Part shown: one piece after another, positions 45,872-58,357 of the stretch | Layout of the letters: every line of letters begins with the position of its first letter | How positions within the stretch are numbered: the stretch's first letter is position 1 | Assembly (NCBI GenBank): GCA_029953675.1 | Contig: JAMWBK010000001.1 | Coordinates: forward strand, 3,534,001 to 3,598,000 | Length of the DNA: 64,000 nt | Source: Rhodosorus marinus CCMP1338 | Taxonomy: Eukaryota; Plantae; Rhodophyta | Reading direction: 5' to 3' | Position numbers and translations under genes: made by a program | The notes under the pieces: generated by a model | The model's input: only the letters and a program-made list of their open reading frames with translations | What the model was told of the DNA's origin: nothing | The model's database searches: none

Positions 45872-46380
45872 GTAGAGAGTGAGGCTACCCCCGCGTTTGA
45901 ATTGATCTCTTCAAGACCGGGAAAGGATTAAGATCAGTACTTTGGCTCTTAAAAGCGACCCACATAGGGGAAGAGGATCAACAGAGGAAACGGAGTGGGT
46001 GGATGTGCTTTGGCTTGGATACTGTAGGGTAAGGAGAGGACTTCGGAGGAGCAAAAGGTGTGAAAATTGTTTTTTATCTTGGCTTTGGACTATAGATAAG
46101 GATAGAGAGTGAGGTTACCCCAGCGGCTAAGGAATAGGATCAGTGTAGGAGAAGACTCTGGCTCTTAAGAACGACGAGACTTGAAAAGAGTGAGGGAGAA
46201 AGTGGTGAGGGTAGGAAGAGGACAGGGTGGGTAGATCTGCTTTGGCTTGATTACTTTAGGGAAGGAGAGGGTGAGATGGTAAGGAGGATGCACTGAGCTT
46301 TGTCTGGAGGTTGTTGCTTAAGAAGAGGATTGGTGATATTGGGTTTTGACTGTATAGAAGGAGAGGTGGTGAGGTAGTTA
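45872..46380 (+). repeat. Diverged purine-rich tandem duplication, period ~230-260 bp
   Basis: AGAGAGTGAGG(C/T)TACCCC, TGGCTCTTAA and GCTTTGGCTTG blocks occur twice. Confidence 0.65.
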
Positions 46381-46905
46381 CATGTTTTGAAGTGGGAGAG
46401 TGACTTTGTGTGAGGAGGATGAGAGAAGTTGGGGAAGAAGTTAACAACGGGAAGTGGTGAGAAGGGTCGAGGAGCGGGGGGGGGGGGGGATGCACATCTA
46501 GTGAAAAGGGAATCTAGTTGGAAAAACGCTCGTTAGGGTGGTACATAGGAAGAAACGGAGGAGAGGAAAGACGACGGGGAGTTGGTGCCATTTTTTTTTG
46601 GGGGGGGGGGGGAAGAAGACATGACGAATAGACAGAGATGATTGTCTCCTTCACGGGCGCGTTTTGGGGGGAGGAGGTTAGTAGGGTTTTGGTTGTAAAA
46701 GACTTGACGGATGAGGAGGGTTGTGCCTAATGAATGGTAGTTGGAGAAGGCGTGGGGAAAGATGAAGCTTTCTTGGAACGACTGAGAATTTATTATGATT
46801 ATGTTGGACAGATTTGGAGCTTGGTAGAGTCTTAAGGAGGGGGTGTGGTGAGAAGGGGGTGAAGCTTTGAGTGTTTTTTGGAGGGGTGAGGAGGAAAGAA
46901 CGAAA

Positions 46906-48752
46906 ATGGAGAGTAAGATGAACTTATTAGCTCCGGCGAGCTCGGAAGCGACTATGTATACTCTAAAGTTGCCCTCTGGAATTCACGATGCTCTGGAGAA
47001 GGGGCAAACTGGGGAGATGTTCTTCACTATGGATCGGAAGAGTGGGAAATGTACTCTGGAATTTAAGGATGAGAAGTTCAGTGCGAATTCTGTGGATGAG
47101 AGATCATTCGTCGAGGTTTATGAACAGTTTAGTGCACAAGAATCTTGTAGAAAGGTACAATATTAATTCTCGAAACGTCCACGCCCCGCTCGCCCGCCTC
47201 GTTCGTCTATTCATGTTCTTTCCTGTCCTTTCAGATTGGCGGAATACGCGGTAAAGTGACTGTACGAGGAGGTTATGAACCTGGCGCTGAGAAACGTGGT
47301 TTTGACGTTGAGAGGGGTCAGAAAGCGAAGATTCGGATGGAAGCGTCTAAAGAACGTAAGCGAACTGATTTCATGCATTGCTTCAAATCCAAGGAGAAGC
47401 TGTTTATTCTGAAACTATTTTGTCTTTCCCTGACGCACGACTCAGGCGGAGTGTCAAAGGGAAGTCGTGAGATCGGTACCAAGCGCGAACCCCCAGCGAG
47501 CCGCCCTCGGCCGGTGAAGGCCCCGAGGGTCTCCACGAACTCGTCTTCTGAGAGCAGCTCTGGTATGAAGAAGTCAACCAGTCAGGGGCAGATTGCATCA
47601 CTGGTTGATCGCAGCAAATCGCCAGTCACTGCCAACGGCACCACCGGGAAGCCTAGGCCGAGGTCGTCTTCGCACTCTCCTGCTTCACGATTTCCGAAGG
47701 ACAGCGACAAATTGTCACCGTTGCGTCCTCCTGAACCGGGTGGCCAGGGCTCTTCGCCGGGCTACTCGCGGCCGCCGCAAGCGAAAGGAAATCGTCCGCC
47801 ACTCCCGCCGAGTTCGAAAACGCCCTCACCTGGTGAGAGCGAGAAAGCGGCTTTCTCACCTCGGGAAAGCAAAACGCTTAGAAAGGTAAAGGACTCCTGC
47901 TCGGAATATGAACAGGTATAGCCGCCATTGACCCTCAGGAGCCTACTAATGCAATGTACATTTTTGTCCCGTTTTCACGAAAACAACCTAGGAGGTCGTG
48001 CAATTGTTAGCGGTCAGCCCATTGACCCAGGAGCAGATCAAGGAGAAAGTTCCGAAAGGAACACACCCGCAGATTCTCGACAAGGTCGCCGACCATGATG
48101 AACTGTCAGGAAAGTATGGACTCAAATCGGAGCTGTGGCCCGAAGTCGTTTTGGAGTGGGAGAAGTATTCTGAGAACGACCGCCACGCGGTTTCAAAGAA
48201 CCTGAGCCGTAGTCAGGTGCTCACCGACTCTGAGCTGAACAAGATTTTGGATGGAGAGCTGCCGAGGAAGGCCAATACCTACTACAGAATAACAACTGCC
48301 GAGGAGAATGAGCGATATCGAGTCGACTTCAACCGTAAATACAGGATATACAACACACTGGTGAGAGGTTGATGCGGATCTTCTCCGTTCAACTATTCCA
48401 TCAACTCAGCATTTTTCTGACAAGCGAGGTTTTGGATTACATTCCTCGCCGCGTCTACAATCACAGGGTAAGAACATCTACGACTTGAAGGGCAAGCTCG
48501 AGAAGAAGCAGGAGGATTGGAGCAGCGCAAAGGGGAAGGAGAAAGATGCCTTGGCAGTAGAGATCACCGAACTGTATCAGAAAACGAACGCCAGGGATAG
48601 GAGAATGCGACAGTACTATTCGGTGAGAGCTTCATACTCTGAACGAAGAACTCTCCTGGAGCTCCCCAGTGCTAACTGTTCCTGCTCAATTGACCGAGTA
48701 GGTTCTTCACTATGAGCTCAAGGAGCTTAAAGAGCGGATCAAAGATTGGTAG
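46906..48752 (+). CDS. ELL: RNA polymerase II elongation factor ELL-like (Occludin_ELL C-terminal domain), multi-exon
   Basis: QLLAVSPLT..winged-helix-like block (KVADH..YGLK..W.EV..EW..YS), then ITTAEENERYRVDFNRKYRIYNTL..LHYELKELKERIKDW. Confidence 0.72.
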
Positions 48753-49600
48753 GGAGTTGGCAACCGGGAGTACAAACTAGCTGACCATCGTCCACACCAG
48801 CGATAGACGTCCTCAGAAGATGAACCCCCGAAAACGTCGTCCAGAACATAGTTCCGAGCTGACCACCGGCCTGCTTTCGGGAATCCGTCAAGAAGAGTTA
48901 GAGCCTCTGGGCCCTCGATCATCTCGAGCATTGCGTGCCATGGTTGATGCATGACGTGTGCAAGGAGCTGTCCCACTTTGCGCGCAGCTCAGCAGATTCG
49001 AACCGAACGACGCGGGCGCGGGTGGTGTTTCTCATCGTCCTGCTGAAGGCTTCAATGGCCGGAGGAGATCGTCCTGGATCGGAACGCAACCTTGTTTTTT
49101 ACGTGTGTCTTTGCAGTGATCGTCTTTGAAAAAGGGCTCAAAACGTTTGGGCATCGGGAAAAGCGAACGACAGGAAACAGTGGGGTCTTTTTCGCGAGAT
49201 GCGGTAGTTCGACGATCTCGCACAGGGCCCCTTGGTCGAGTCCTCTCGCTGAAGAGGACTCCGCGAAAGACCGCATCGTCTTCCGGGTCGTTGGACGACA
49301 ACTCGCTGTAGCAATAGGTCACCAGCAGAGCCCGAAGAAGACACATTGGTCACATCGGCCCTTAATAATCTGGCCAGCAAAAATAAATCACCAAACACGA
49401 ATCAATCCGGATATCGCCGGGCACAAATTCGGGCCATTGCTCTTCGATATAGCCTGAGAGGAACTAGCAAAAAAACATGTTTAGCTTGAAAGAGTCTCAC
49501 ATCAGAGTGTACCAAGTAACATTCGTTTGGCCCGAAATCGTTAACATTCATTTCGTGAAAAACGACTGACCCGAGAAATAATGTAAAAACATAACTTGCG
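48710..49600 (-). CDS. Hypothetical multi-exon protein overlapping the ELL 3' end tail-to-tail
   Basis: Protein-like ORF blocks separated by GT-AG candidates; no family recognised and structure unresolved. Confidence 0.3.
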
Positions 49601-49900
49601 CAAGCAGTTGGGCCACCCCTGATATTGATAACATTTGCGAAGAGAAACCCTGGCCTTAAACAAATAATGAAAAAACATAATACGAAAATTCCCGGCTGAT
49701 GGAACATCAGCCGAACTTTCGTGGCTGGGAAAATTGTACTGGAAAATGGGATTGGGTTAAGGTATATTATTCGCGGGAACGGATCAGCTCGGTTGGGGTT
49801 GGGACGAGAGGGAGCTTGGGGACGGAGGAAAGGGCAAAGGCTTTACTTTGAGGAGTTTCGCTTGGTCAGCTGGAGGGATTGATTGGGGAAGAAAGAAAAG

Positions 49901-50538
49901 ATGAACGCTGGAGGCGGTCAGGTACCTCTTGTGTTAACGACTGAAGCTATCCAGAGTGTTTTGGAAGAGAATCAAGGGTTGATCGAGGCGATAATAAGTA
50001 ACCAGAACCGGGGCAAGCTAGACGATTGTCTGGTTTACCAACAGAAGCTGCATCAGAATCTGGCGCTTCTGGCGTCCCTGTCAGATCAGCAGCCGGCGGA
50101 GAGACGTGTGATGACTCAAGCTCCATCTATTCTTCCTGCGTCTGAAGGTGAGTTGGCGCCAGTGTCATTACTGCATCGTTTGGGAGTGGTGAGCCGTGAT
50201 TTTGGTTTGATCTGAGCTTTTGTGTGCACTTCTTGTACCTCTTTACCCCGTGTGCAGGGAGTTTGTCGTCCAGACCGTCGGGTGGGCCATCTGATGGAGG
50301 TTCCAACGAGAAGAAGGAAGTCCGGTATTGGTCGGAGGAGGAACATCAAAAGTTTTTAGAAGGTTTGAGGCTTTATTCGAATAATGGAAGGTTTGATCTC
50401 AAGGCAATAGCCAAGCACGTCGGTACCCGCACTCCGGTGCAGATTAGGAGCCACCTTCAAAAGCACTTGTTGAAGGAAAAGTCGAAAAGCGGGCCAATTC
50501 TTGGGACGGGGATGCCGGGAAACCTGGATAAGAGGTAG
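49901..50538 (+). CDS. SSXT/SNH (GIF/SS18-type) domain fused to a SHAQKYF-class Myb domain, 2 exons
   Basis: TTEAIQSVLEENQGLIEAIISNQNRGKLDDCLVYQQKLHQNLALLA (SSXT). Intron 50148-50257 (phase 1). YWSEEEHQKFLEGL..IAKHVGTRTPVQIRSHLQKH (Myb). Confidence 0.88.
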
Positions 50539-51178
50539 CGGATCGGCCCACGCGCAACACTGCGTTTTTATTTTGTCCGTCCTACTGCTGCATCGCGTGT
50601 TCTGAGAACAGAACTCTGCTTGAAAAAGTTTCTCTGAAGAGGAGGCCAACTTGGTTGGTCGTTTCCTGGGTCTGATTTTAGACAACTCTGCTGCTCGGCG
50701 AGGACACGATTTTTCACGCTCTTGCGCGATTTCTCTGCTCCTGGACTCAGCCTGTCGCGCCTTGGATATGCTTGTCTACGTACGATGAGGTTGGGGTCAG
50801 CCCGATCAAAGGACCCCAGCTATGCACCGAGTTAATTTTTCATGGAAAGTGGTATTTTATTCATATTCCGACCACTGATGACAGCAAGGTGCTGTGGGTA
50901 TTGAGGGACTGGAATCGACTTTTTGTGCGAGTTTCCTGCGTCTTACATGTCCAGGATCGACGCGACCCTGCCCTTGATTTACTTGTCCTTGTGGGGACCC
51001 TAGTAACCTAAGCACATGCCCAGCGACGAGGCACTCGTGCAAATATAAAACAAAAAAGCGTACAAGAGCAGTCCTCTTTGTCCGAAAAAAAAGTCAGCTC
51101 TGCCATGAAACAAACTGCCAACAAGCAGAAGAAGGAAAACGATTTCCGCGAGGGGGGGAGGCTTGGGAACAGTCTTTT

Positions 51179-52664
51179 CTACTGCTCAATACTGGCCGCT
51201 GCCTTGCTCCGAAGGAAGGCGTTGATAAACTCGTCGATTTCACCGTCGATGACTGCCTGCACGTCTGCTGTCTCGTAGCCGGTTCGGACGTCCTTGACCA
51301 TCTTATAAGGATGAAAGACATAGTTGCGGATCTGGTTGCCCCACGCGGCGTCGACTCCGTCTCCTCTAATCTCATTGATCTCCTTTACACGTTGCTCCTG
51401 CGCTATGACTACTAGCTTTGACTTTAGTCGAGCAATGGCCTTTTCCTGCTCGTGGAACAAGACCAAGAATCGCGTCTTAATGTGAGACGGGATTGTCCTC
51501 GGTCTCCAGGCAAACCGCGCTGATCCCTTTTTCTTACCTTGTTCAAAAGCTGGCTCCTCTCCTCCGCGCACCTGATTGAAATGCCAGTTGGAATATGTAC
51601 AACACGAACTGCCGTTTCGACCTTGTTGACGTTCTGACCACCTTTCCCACCCGCTCGCATCTAAATTGTTTTTGAGCAGACGAAACGCGAGGGGCGGTCA
51701 GCGACTAAGCAAATGGTGAGTTCTTGCGCTGGGTTTCCGGTGCCCGTCATCGTACCGTGGTTATCTCGAGATCTTTGTCCAGAATCTCAACGACATTGAG
51801 ATCTTCGTCGGCGAGGATGGGCATGATTTCCATACCAGCAAAGCTCGTCTGCCGTTTACCCTGGGCGTTGAACGGCGATATACGTACGAGTCTGTGCGTG
51901 CCCTTCTCGGCGCTGAGGAGCCCATACGCGAACTCGCCTTGCACTTCGATGACCGCAGATTTGTAACCGCACTCCTCCCCGGGACTGAAATCGACTAGCC
52001 TCGCCGAGAAACCTCGACGCTCAGCGAATCTGGTGATCATCCGTACTAGAATCTCCGCCCAGTCCTGGGCGTCGGTCCCTCCCGCCCCAGCCTGGATCGT
52101 AACCGTCGCGTCGTAGCCATCGTACTCGCCACTCAGCGTACTCTCCAACTCAAAGTCGTCCAGGCTCTTTGACAAACTCAAGAGACGATTCTCCGCCTCT
52201 TCCAGGATCTCAGACTGCTCCTCATTGTCCACGTCGTCCCCTAGCTCCCTCACAATCTCCAAAGCCGTCGACACGTCCGACACATCACTCTCCCACCCCT
52301 TCGCACGCTTAATCTCAGCCCGATGACGATCCAGCTCCTTCATCAACCTCCTCGCCGTCACAGAATCCTCCCAAAACCCCTCTGCAGACGCCTCATTCTC
52401 CAACTCATCCGCGCGGCTCCTCCTCATCTCCACGTCAACGATCCTCACTGCCCCCCTCACCCTCTCCCCAACCTCACTCAACCTCCGCTCAATCTCCGCC
52501 ACTCCAGCCCCACCAAAACACATCCATAACCTACACCGGCCGCTCCTCCTTTCCAACCCCAACCCGCCCCCATCCCCCCATCGCCTACACAACCCACCAC
52601 CTCCCTTCCCACCACATCCAGCCCTCAACCTTCCACCATTCAAACACACAAAAGCTAATTCCAT
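51179..52664 (-). CDS. prfB: Plastid-targeted peptide chain release factor 2 (cyanobacterial type), 3 exons
   Basis: MELAFV transit-like start; [12 protein letters not shown]; [16 protein letters not shown] (SPF motif); [18 protein letters not shown] (GGQ); [18 protein letters not shown]. Confidence 0.93.
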
Positions 52665-53121
52665 CTTTACCCAAACTACTCCAATCCAAAACCAACCCAC
52701 CTCCCCCAAAACCCAGCATTACATCAACCCCGACACGCACCCCCCACACGGAGAAACCGCCGCTGCGAAGCAGCAGCGAAACACCGTTCCCTCTCCCCCC
52801 CAAACTGACCCCGATATCCTCCACCTACCTCACGCAGCATCTTCCTGGTGAGGATGGTGGAAGAAAATCTCCTAACCTCTACGAGGCGAAACCGTTGAAA
52901 ACGACGGCTGCTGCGAAGCAGCAGCCAATTCTCCTCCCCTTTTACAACCTTCGGTGAGCAAGATCTGATCACGGGGATTGAAGTTTTTGGTAGGGGCTGC
53001 TGCTGCTTCGCAGCAGAGAGTTTATAGTCTTGACGAAGGGTGAATGTGGTGAATTCGTTGATTGTTGTGAAGGGGTGGGGGGGAGATGGTCGGTGGTGAA
53101 GGGCTTGCTGGAATAGGAAGA

Positions 53122-54522
53122 ATGGCATTCTGTTTGGGATCGAGTCGAGTATTGGGTGGTCGTGTGGTGAGTGGGCTGAGAGGGCATCGATGCGTACAGA
53201 GAATGAGAATGAGCGGGGTGCCTGTTCGAAAGTCAGCAGCGGCGTTGATTATCGGGGATGAGATCCTGACGGGGAAGACGGTCGACACCAACAGCAACTT
53301 TCTCGCCAAGTTTTTGGTGAGGGTGGGAACAGTAGATCGGCCTCTTGTCTGAATCCTTCTGCTCATCCAAGCTCTCTTCGTCTCGCTCTGAAAAAGTTTG
53401 CTCGAGGCGTTGACCTGAAGAGAGTCGAGGTGATTCCAGATGATATGGAAGACATCGGAGATTCAGTGAAGCGACTATCTAATAACTTTGACTACGTCTT
53501 CACCAGCGGAGGAATCGGACCAACCCACGATGATCTGTAAGAAAAATACCAGAAAACCCTAAACAGCTAGCTTCAATCTCGGGCTCGCGTGGGTGCTACA
53601 GAACAGCAGGTGCACAACCGGCAGCAAGGGGTAGTTAATGTTGCTTTTGAAGCAGCCATCCAACATTTCCGGCGGTCAAAATTGCTCTGACAAACCTCCT
53701 CAATCACTCTCTTTTGTCTTGATCACCATCCAGGACTTATGAGGTAATTAACTCCACAAAACCTCTTCCGCCATCAGGACTGCTTCTCTGCCTCATCGAG
53801 AGTTCCTCGACGTGAGCTTTGTGTCAACATGACCCCCGTGTGCCCGACTCTTCTCTGCGAGGAGGGTGTGGGGTCCTGGTAGGCTGGGCTGGTGCTTCAC
53901 GGCAGCAGGCGAGACTGGTCCTAATCCCCTTCAAATGATGCTTTCACAGCTGCATCGCAGCAGGTGACCGCTGTGATTCCGCTTTTAAGCTGAGAGAGAG
54001 AGATATTGCGTCTGTGCTCAGGCTATCGCTCGTGCGTACGGACTTGATCTCGAGGTGGACGAGTCGATTGTTGCTGAGATGAAGAGAATCCAACCTGATG
54101 GAGAGGTGAACGAATCTCGTTTGAGGATGGCCACGATCCCAACAAAGTGTGAAAAGCTGGAAACCGAAGGTCTCTGGGTGCCGCTAGTGGTGGTCAATGG
54201 CAACGTCTACATTCTGCCCGGAGTCCCCGTGATCCTGGAGCGGATGGTGAACGCGGCGTCCTCGAGATTTGGCAACGGGCTGCCTCCTCGTTCGCGGAGG
54301 ATTGTGTACACTAAGATGCACGAGGGTGATCTCGCTGAGAGCGTTGGGAAAATCGCGAACAAGTACCCACAGGTTGCTATAGGAAGCTACCCGAGGACAG
54401 ACAAGACCCACAAGTATAATGTTAAGATTACTCTCGAAGCTGATGATCAGGCTCAGGTCGAGGCAGCTGCGTCAGAGGTTGTTCTCGCCATCAACGGCGT
54501 CGATGACGCCAACAAGTTGTAA
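53122..54522 (+). CDS. Organelle-targeted CinA-like / molybdopterin-binding (MoCF_biosynth) domain protein, 4 exons including a 10-nt micro-exon
   Basis: IIGDEILTGKTVDTNSNFL|FARGVDL..VIPDD..FTSGGIGPTHDDL|TYE|AIARAYG..VYILPGVP..IGSYP. Confidence 0.88.
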
Positions 54523-55742
54523 AACCACGAACCAGCAAGACCAGCCTAAGCCAGTTAACGCCTTCTAGATGAGAGATCAGAACTCTGTCGCGGAGGTGGC
54601 TCTTTAACATCAGTGATTGTAGCCGAACACTCCGTCTGTTAGAGGCGAGTGAGGAAGAGTTTGACAGCTGCGAAGCAGCGGCTCGTCTGGGCTCCAATCC
54701 GAACCAGCCTCCCTTGCTCGTGTCCAAAACGTCAAGCCCCTATACCGTAGCCACTGCTGCACTGTCACCTGGTCGACAAGCCTTTTTGGATTAGAAAGAT
54801 GCAGAAGCCGCTGAGACCTCGGATTGTTTCTCGGTGCTGCGAAAGCAGCAGCTCTCAGACCAAACTAACAGAATCTCCCTGGCTCACCGTGAGGTCTTTG
54901 AGAGGAGGCTGCGGCGAAAGCAGCGGCCCAGTCTACCAAACATACCGTAGGGACAGAGAACCCAACAGCAGTTCGTGTAGAGTAGTTGTCTCACTACTCC
55001 TTCCAGAGCATGAAAAGAGTACAGAGTCGATTCCCACTGCCTCGCAGTTAGCGACCAGAGTTCACTCGCGGCCGCTGCTGCGAAGAAGCAGCAGCTATCA
55101 GTCGGAGGCTCATTGAAGAGACTGAGGCGAGTTGGTTGGGAGATCCAAATCCGGAAAATCGGTAGAAGGGATTCACGGGCGTTGCTGCACAGAGCAGTTG
55201 CAAGAGTTGTCCTACCCCTTCCGGGAAAGGGAAGGGGTCAGATGATACTCTCCAGCGCGCGCGCGGCTGCTGCTGGAGCTCCAAGGCCCTTTCTCTACCT
55301 GGTGAGGGGGGCATAAAAGGAGTCGCTCCGTTTTACTGCGGCGAACCAACACGTAATTAAAGACCTTGACTCTTCCCTGTCCTCTTGCCTCACGTTTTTG
55401 TGTTCTTCAATTCGAGATCGAGGTCCGACTGCTCGCATCAAACCCTACCGGAACGAGGTCATGGTACCCAAGAGGTCTTTACGAACCGTCCCCACACCCT
55501 GCGATCGACTGCGCACACCAGGTTCGTTCCGCTTGTTATGGACGACTTGGGATTCATCGAGAGCTCAAGAGGGCCAGCTGACTTTTTCAGGACTGTTCTC
55601 GCGATCGTCAAGAGAGACACACTCAGGTTTCCTCTCTTAGCTGTGGCGTTTCTACTGTTGGCGTTAGTCTTAGGAGGCCCGCTCTCTTCGTTTCGCCCAG
55701 CAGGCTTCATCTCAGGGTTTCTTGCCTCTTCATAATCGACGA

Positions 55743-56080
55743 GGAGCAACAGATATAACTGCGCGAACGAGGATGGAAGAGACATCAGTACTATTTGAGG
55801 AGAGTAGAAGGGTCGACGAGGGAGGTAGGGAAGGAGACGGAGAGCTGAGGGGAAACGACGAGCAACAGATCTCACTGCGGAGGAGGATGGAAGTGACGAT
55901 TACTGTTTGAGGAGGGTAGAAGGATCGATGAGGGAGGCGAGGAAGAGGACGGAGTCCTGACGGGGAAGGACGAGCAACAGATATCCCTGCGGAGGAGGAT
56001 GGAAGAGATGATTACTGTTTGAGGAGAGTAGAAGGATTGGCGAGGGAGGCGGTGAAGAAGATTGTGAGCTGAAAGGGGGG
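55743..56080 (+). repeat. Three ~112-117-bp purine-rich tandem repeats directly upstream of the PPR ATG
   Basis: GAGCAACAGAT..GAGGATGGAAG..TTTGAGGAG.GTAGAAGG recurs at 55743, 55860 and 55972. Confidence 0.85.
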
Positions 56081-56089
56081 AGGGAGGGA

Positions 56090-58357
56090 ATGAGATTTGG
56101 GATTGGACGCTATGTGTGTTTCGGTAGGCGGCGCCGTGGATGGGGCGGGGGGTTGGACAGTCAGGTTCGATGGATGTCGAGGCAGGTTGCGGGGGAGATG
56201 GTGGATGAGACGATGGACCGGAGGAGAACTGGGGAAGTTTTCAGAGATCTGGAGGGTTGGGTTGAGGAACGTACGTCAAAGCTACCGCTGGAGAGCCGGG
56301 ATCAGGTGCGACGGGCTAGAATCAAGCTCGCGCATCTGAAGACAGAGGTCCACGCGATGGGTTACGGTATGACCAACGTGGGTGCAGTGGTGGCGATTTC
56401 CAAGACTTTTGAAATGCACGGGGAGGCGGAGAGGATAAGGTATCTACTCCAGTGCCTGGCCTTGGAAGATATTGCACCTCCACCTGAAGTGTTTTGCGCC
56501 TACATATCATCGTTTCTCATCCGGAACGAAAACGAACAAGCGGCCCAGGCTCTGGAAGAACTGCTCAAGAAGGGATTCCGACCCTCACCTGAGATGGCAA
56601 CCAGACTGATCCGTCGCTTCGCTCAAAGCGGATGTCAATCGGCGTTGGACAGGCTGTTCGAAACGATGGGACAGGACGCCGCAGGGAAGAAAGCGGCAAT
56701 GGTGAGCGTTCTGGCGCACAAAAATGGGAGCTTGAAGGACGCTGTGGCATTGTTTCAAGCGCTCGAAGAGTACAACGAGGATGCCCTCACAGATCTACTG
56801 AGCCAGATGACCTATGCCAGTGGTCTGAGAGAGATCCGCCGGCTTTTGAACGCATCAGAACCGATGTCTCTGCTTCCATTCAAAGCCCTGGCCAGGGCCA
56901 ATCCACGCCGCGCGGAGGACGTGTTCAGCGTTGCCCTCGAATCTGGTCTAAAGCTCGATGAGGATGCTTACACGCTGCTCATTGAAAACGTCGCCCAGCG
57001 TGGAAACCTAGAGAGATCACGCGAGCTGCTCGACGAGCTGGTTCTCGCCGTCCCAATCCTGTCCCAAGGGGCTCCGTTCCATAGAGTAATCGACCTGTGC
57101 GTTCGGAAGGGCGATCTCGAATCCGCCAGACAGTTCCTGTCGGAACTCGCTCACAGCCATATCTGCCCGGACGCAGAGACTTATCGCCTCGTTGGCCTCG
57201 TGCACGAATCCAAACTTGCCCCGGCGGAGGAGGTGGAGGAACACGAAACCAGCTTCCCGATCCGACATCACAACGTGATTTCAGCGGCGATGAGAAGGCT
57301 GAATGTTGACGGAGAGAGCGCACTTGGATCTGTACTGAAAGCCCTGGGGAGCGTCAACGACATCGACCGGATGACCAAAGTGTACGAAGACTCTGTTCAA
57401 CGAGGCTGGAACTTGAAGCCGCATCACGTCCTGCTGATCATGGAGGCTTATTCCGCGCGCGAAGACTACGCGTCGATTCTTAAGCTGCTCAAGGCTCATG
57501 TGGATGTCCAGCAGTGGAGCGCTGAGGAGCTGGCTAAGGTGATACTCCTGTGCGCAAAGTCTGAGACTGCTGAGGAGGTCAAGAGGATGGCGTCTCGGAG
57601 AGGTTTGGGCAGCGCATCAGCGGTGACATTTGCCTTGTTCCGTTCGATTTGCTCGCGAGGAGACATAGTCCGCGCTGAAGCCGCGCTGAAGAACTTTGAA
57701 TCGGACGATGAGGAGGACTTTTTGGACTACCTTCGGCTCCTCAAGCCCCGCGGGCAGAGCTCAATGATCGATTCCATGATCAGCGGCGGCATTCGTGTGA
57801 CCTCGCTCTCGTACGATATCGTTCTGGAGACCCTAATCGATAATGATATGAGCGACTTGGTACCGAGAGTGGTCGAGCGGATGAGAAGGGAGAGAGTCAA
57901 GCCGAGCGCTAGGACGTTTGAGCAGTGGACGAGGGCTGCGGTGGCTTTAAATGACCCCAGAATGGCCTTGACGGCATACCGAGCGATGCAGGTCAACTCG
58001 TTCGAGTTGACCTATCCGACGCTTGCGAACCTCGTCCAAGCGTGCGTCAACGCGGAGGAAATCGACGCCGCAGTCAAGATCATCGAACGTGTAGCGGTTT
58101 TCCACGAACCGTTCGCTCAACGGCTTCGACTGGTCCTGCTGAGGGGACTTTTGGACCTCGGGATGTTCTCCAAGGCAATCACGCTAGAGTTTGATTTACC
58201 GCTGCTCGACGAGGGTGGTCGGCTTGCAAGAAAATACTATGCCAAACCCGGCGCCCAGGGAAGATGTGACCTAGAGAGACCGACCAGGATCAGACCAAAT
58301 CTGCTGGGCGATGAGCGAGCCTGGGACATCAGCCAAGTCGGTGATGGGGATCGGTGA
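56090..58357 (+). CDS. Pentatricopeptide-repeat (PPR)-like helical repeat protein, probably mitochondrial
   Basis: 755-aa ORF, Arg-rich presequence, degenerate 35-aa motifs (e.g. AYTLLIENVAQRGNLERSRELLDEL; FHRVIDLCVRKGDLESARQFLSEL..PDAETY; ..ERMRRERVKPSARTF). Confidence 0.75.
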   Translation: MRFGIGRYVCFGRRRRGWGGGLDSQVRWMSRQVAGEMVDETMDRRRTGEVFRDLEGWVEERTSKLPLESRDQVRRARIKLAHLKTEVHAMGYGMTNVGAVVAISKTFEMHGEAERIRYLLQCLALEDIAPPPEVFCAYISSFLIRNENEQAAQALEELLKKGFRPSPEMATRLIRRFAQSGCQSALDRLFETMGQDAAGKKAAMVSVLAHKNGSLKDAVALFQALEEYNEDALTDLLSQMTYASGLREIRRLLNASEPMSLLPFKALARANPRRAEDVFSVALESGLKLDEDAYTLLIENVAQRGNLERSRELLDELVLAVPILSQGAPFHRVIDLCVRKGDLESARQFLSELAHSHICPDAETYRLVGLVHESKLAPAEEVEEHETSFPIRHHNVISAAMRRLNVDGESALGSVLKALGSVNDIDRMTKVYEDSVQRGWNLKPHHVLLIMEAYSAREDYASILKLLKAHVDVQQWSAEELAKVILLCAKSETAEEVKRMASRRGLGSASAVTFALFRSICSRGDIVRAEAALKNFESDDEEDFLDYLRLLKPRGQSSMIDSMISGGIRVTSLSYDIVLETLIDNDMSDLVPRVVERMRRERVKPSARTFEQWTRAAVALNDPRMALTAYRAMQVNSFELTYPTLANLVQACVNAEEIDAAVKIIERVAVFHEPFAQRLRLVLLRGLLDLGMFSKAITLEFDLPLLDEGGRLARKYYAKPGAQGRCDLERPTRIRPNLLGDERAWDISQVGDGDR

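Noticed and set aside
48985-49010. GGTTCGAATC T-loop-like motif (minus strand)
   Set aside because: The T-stem does not pair and no acceptor or anticodon arms are present.
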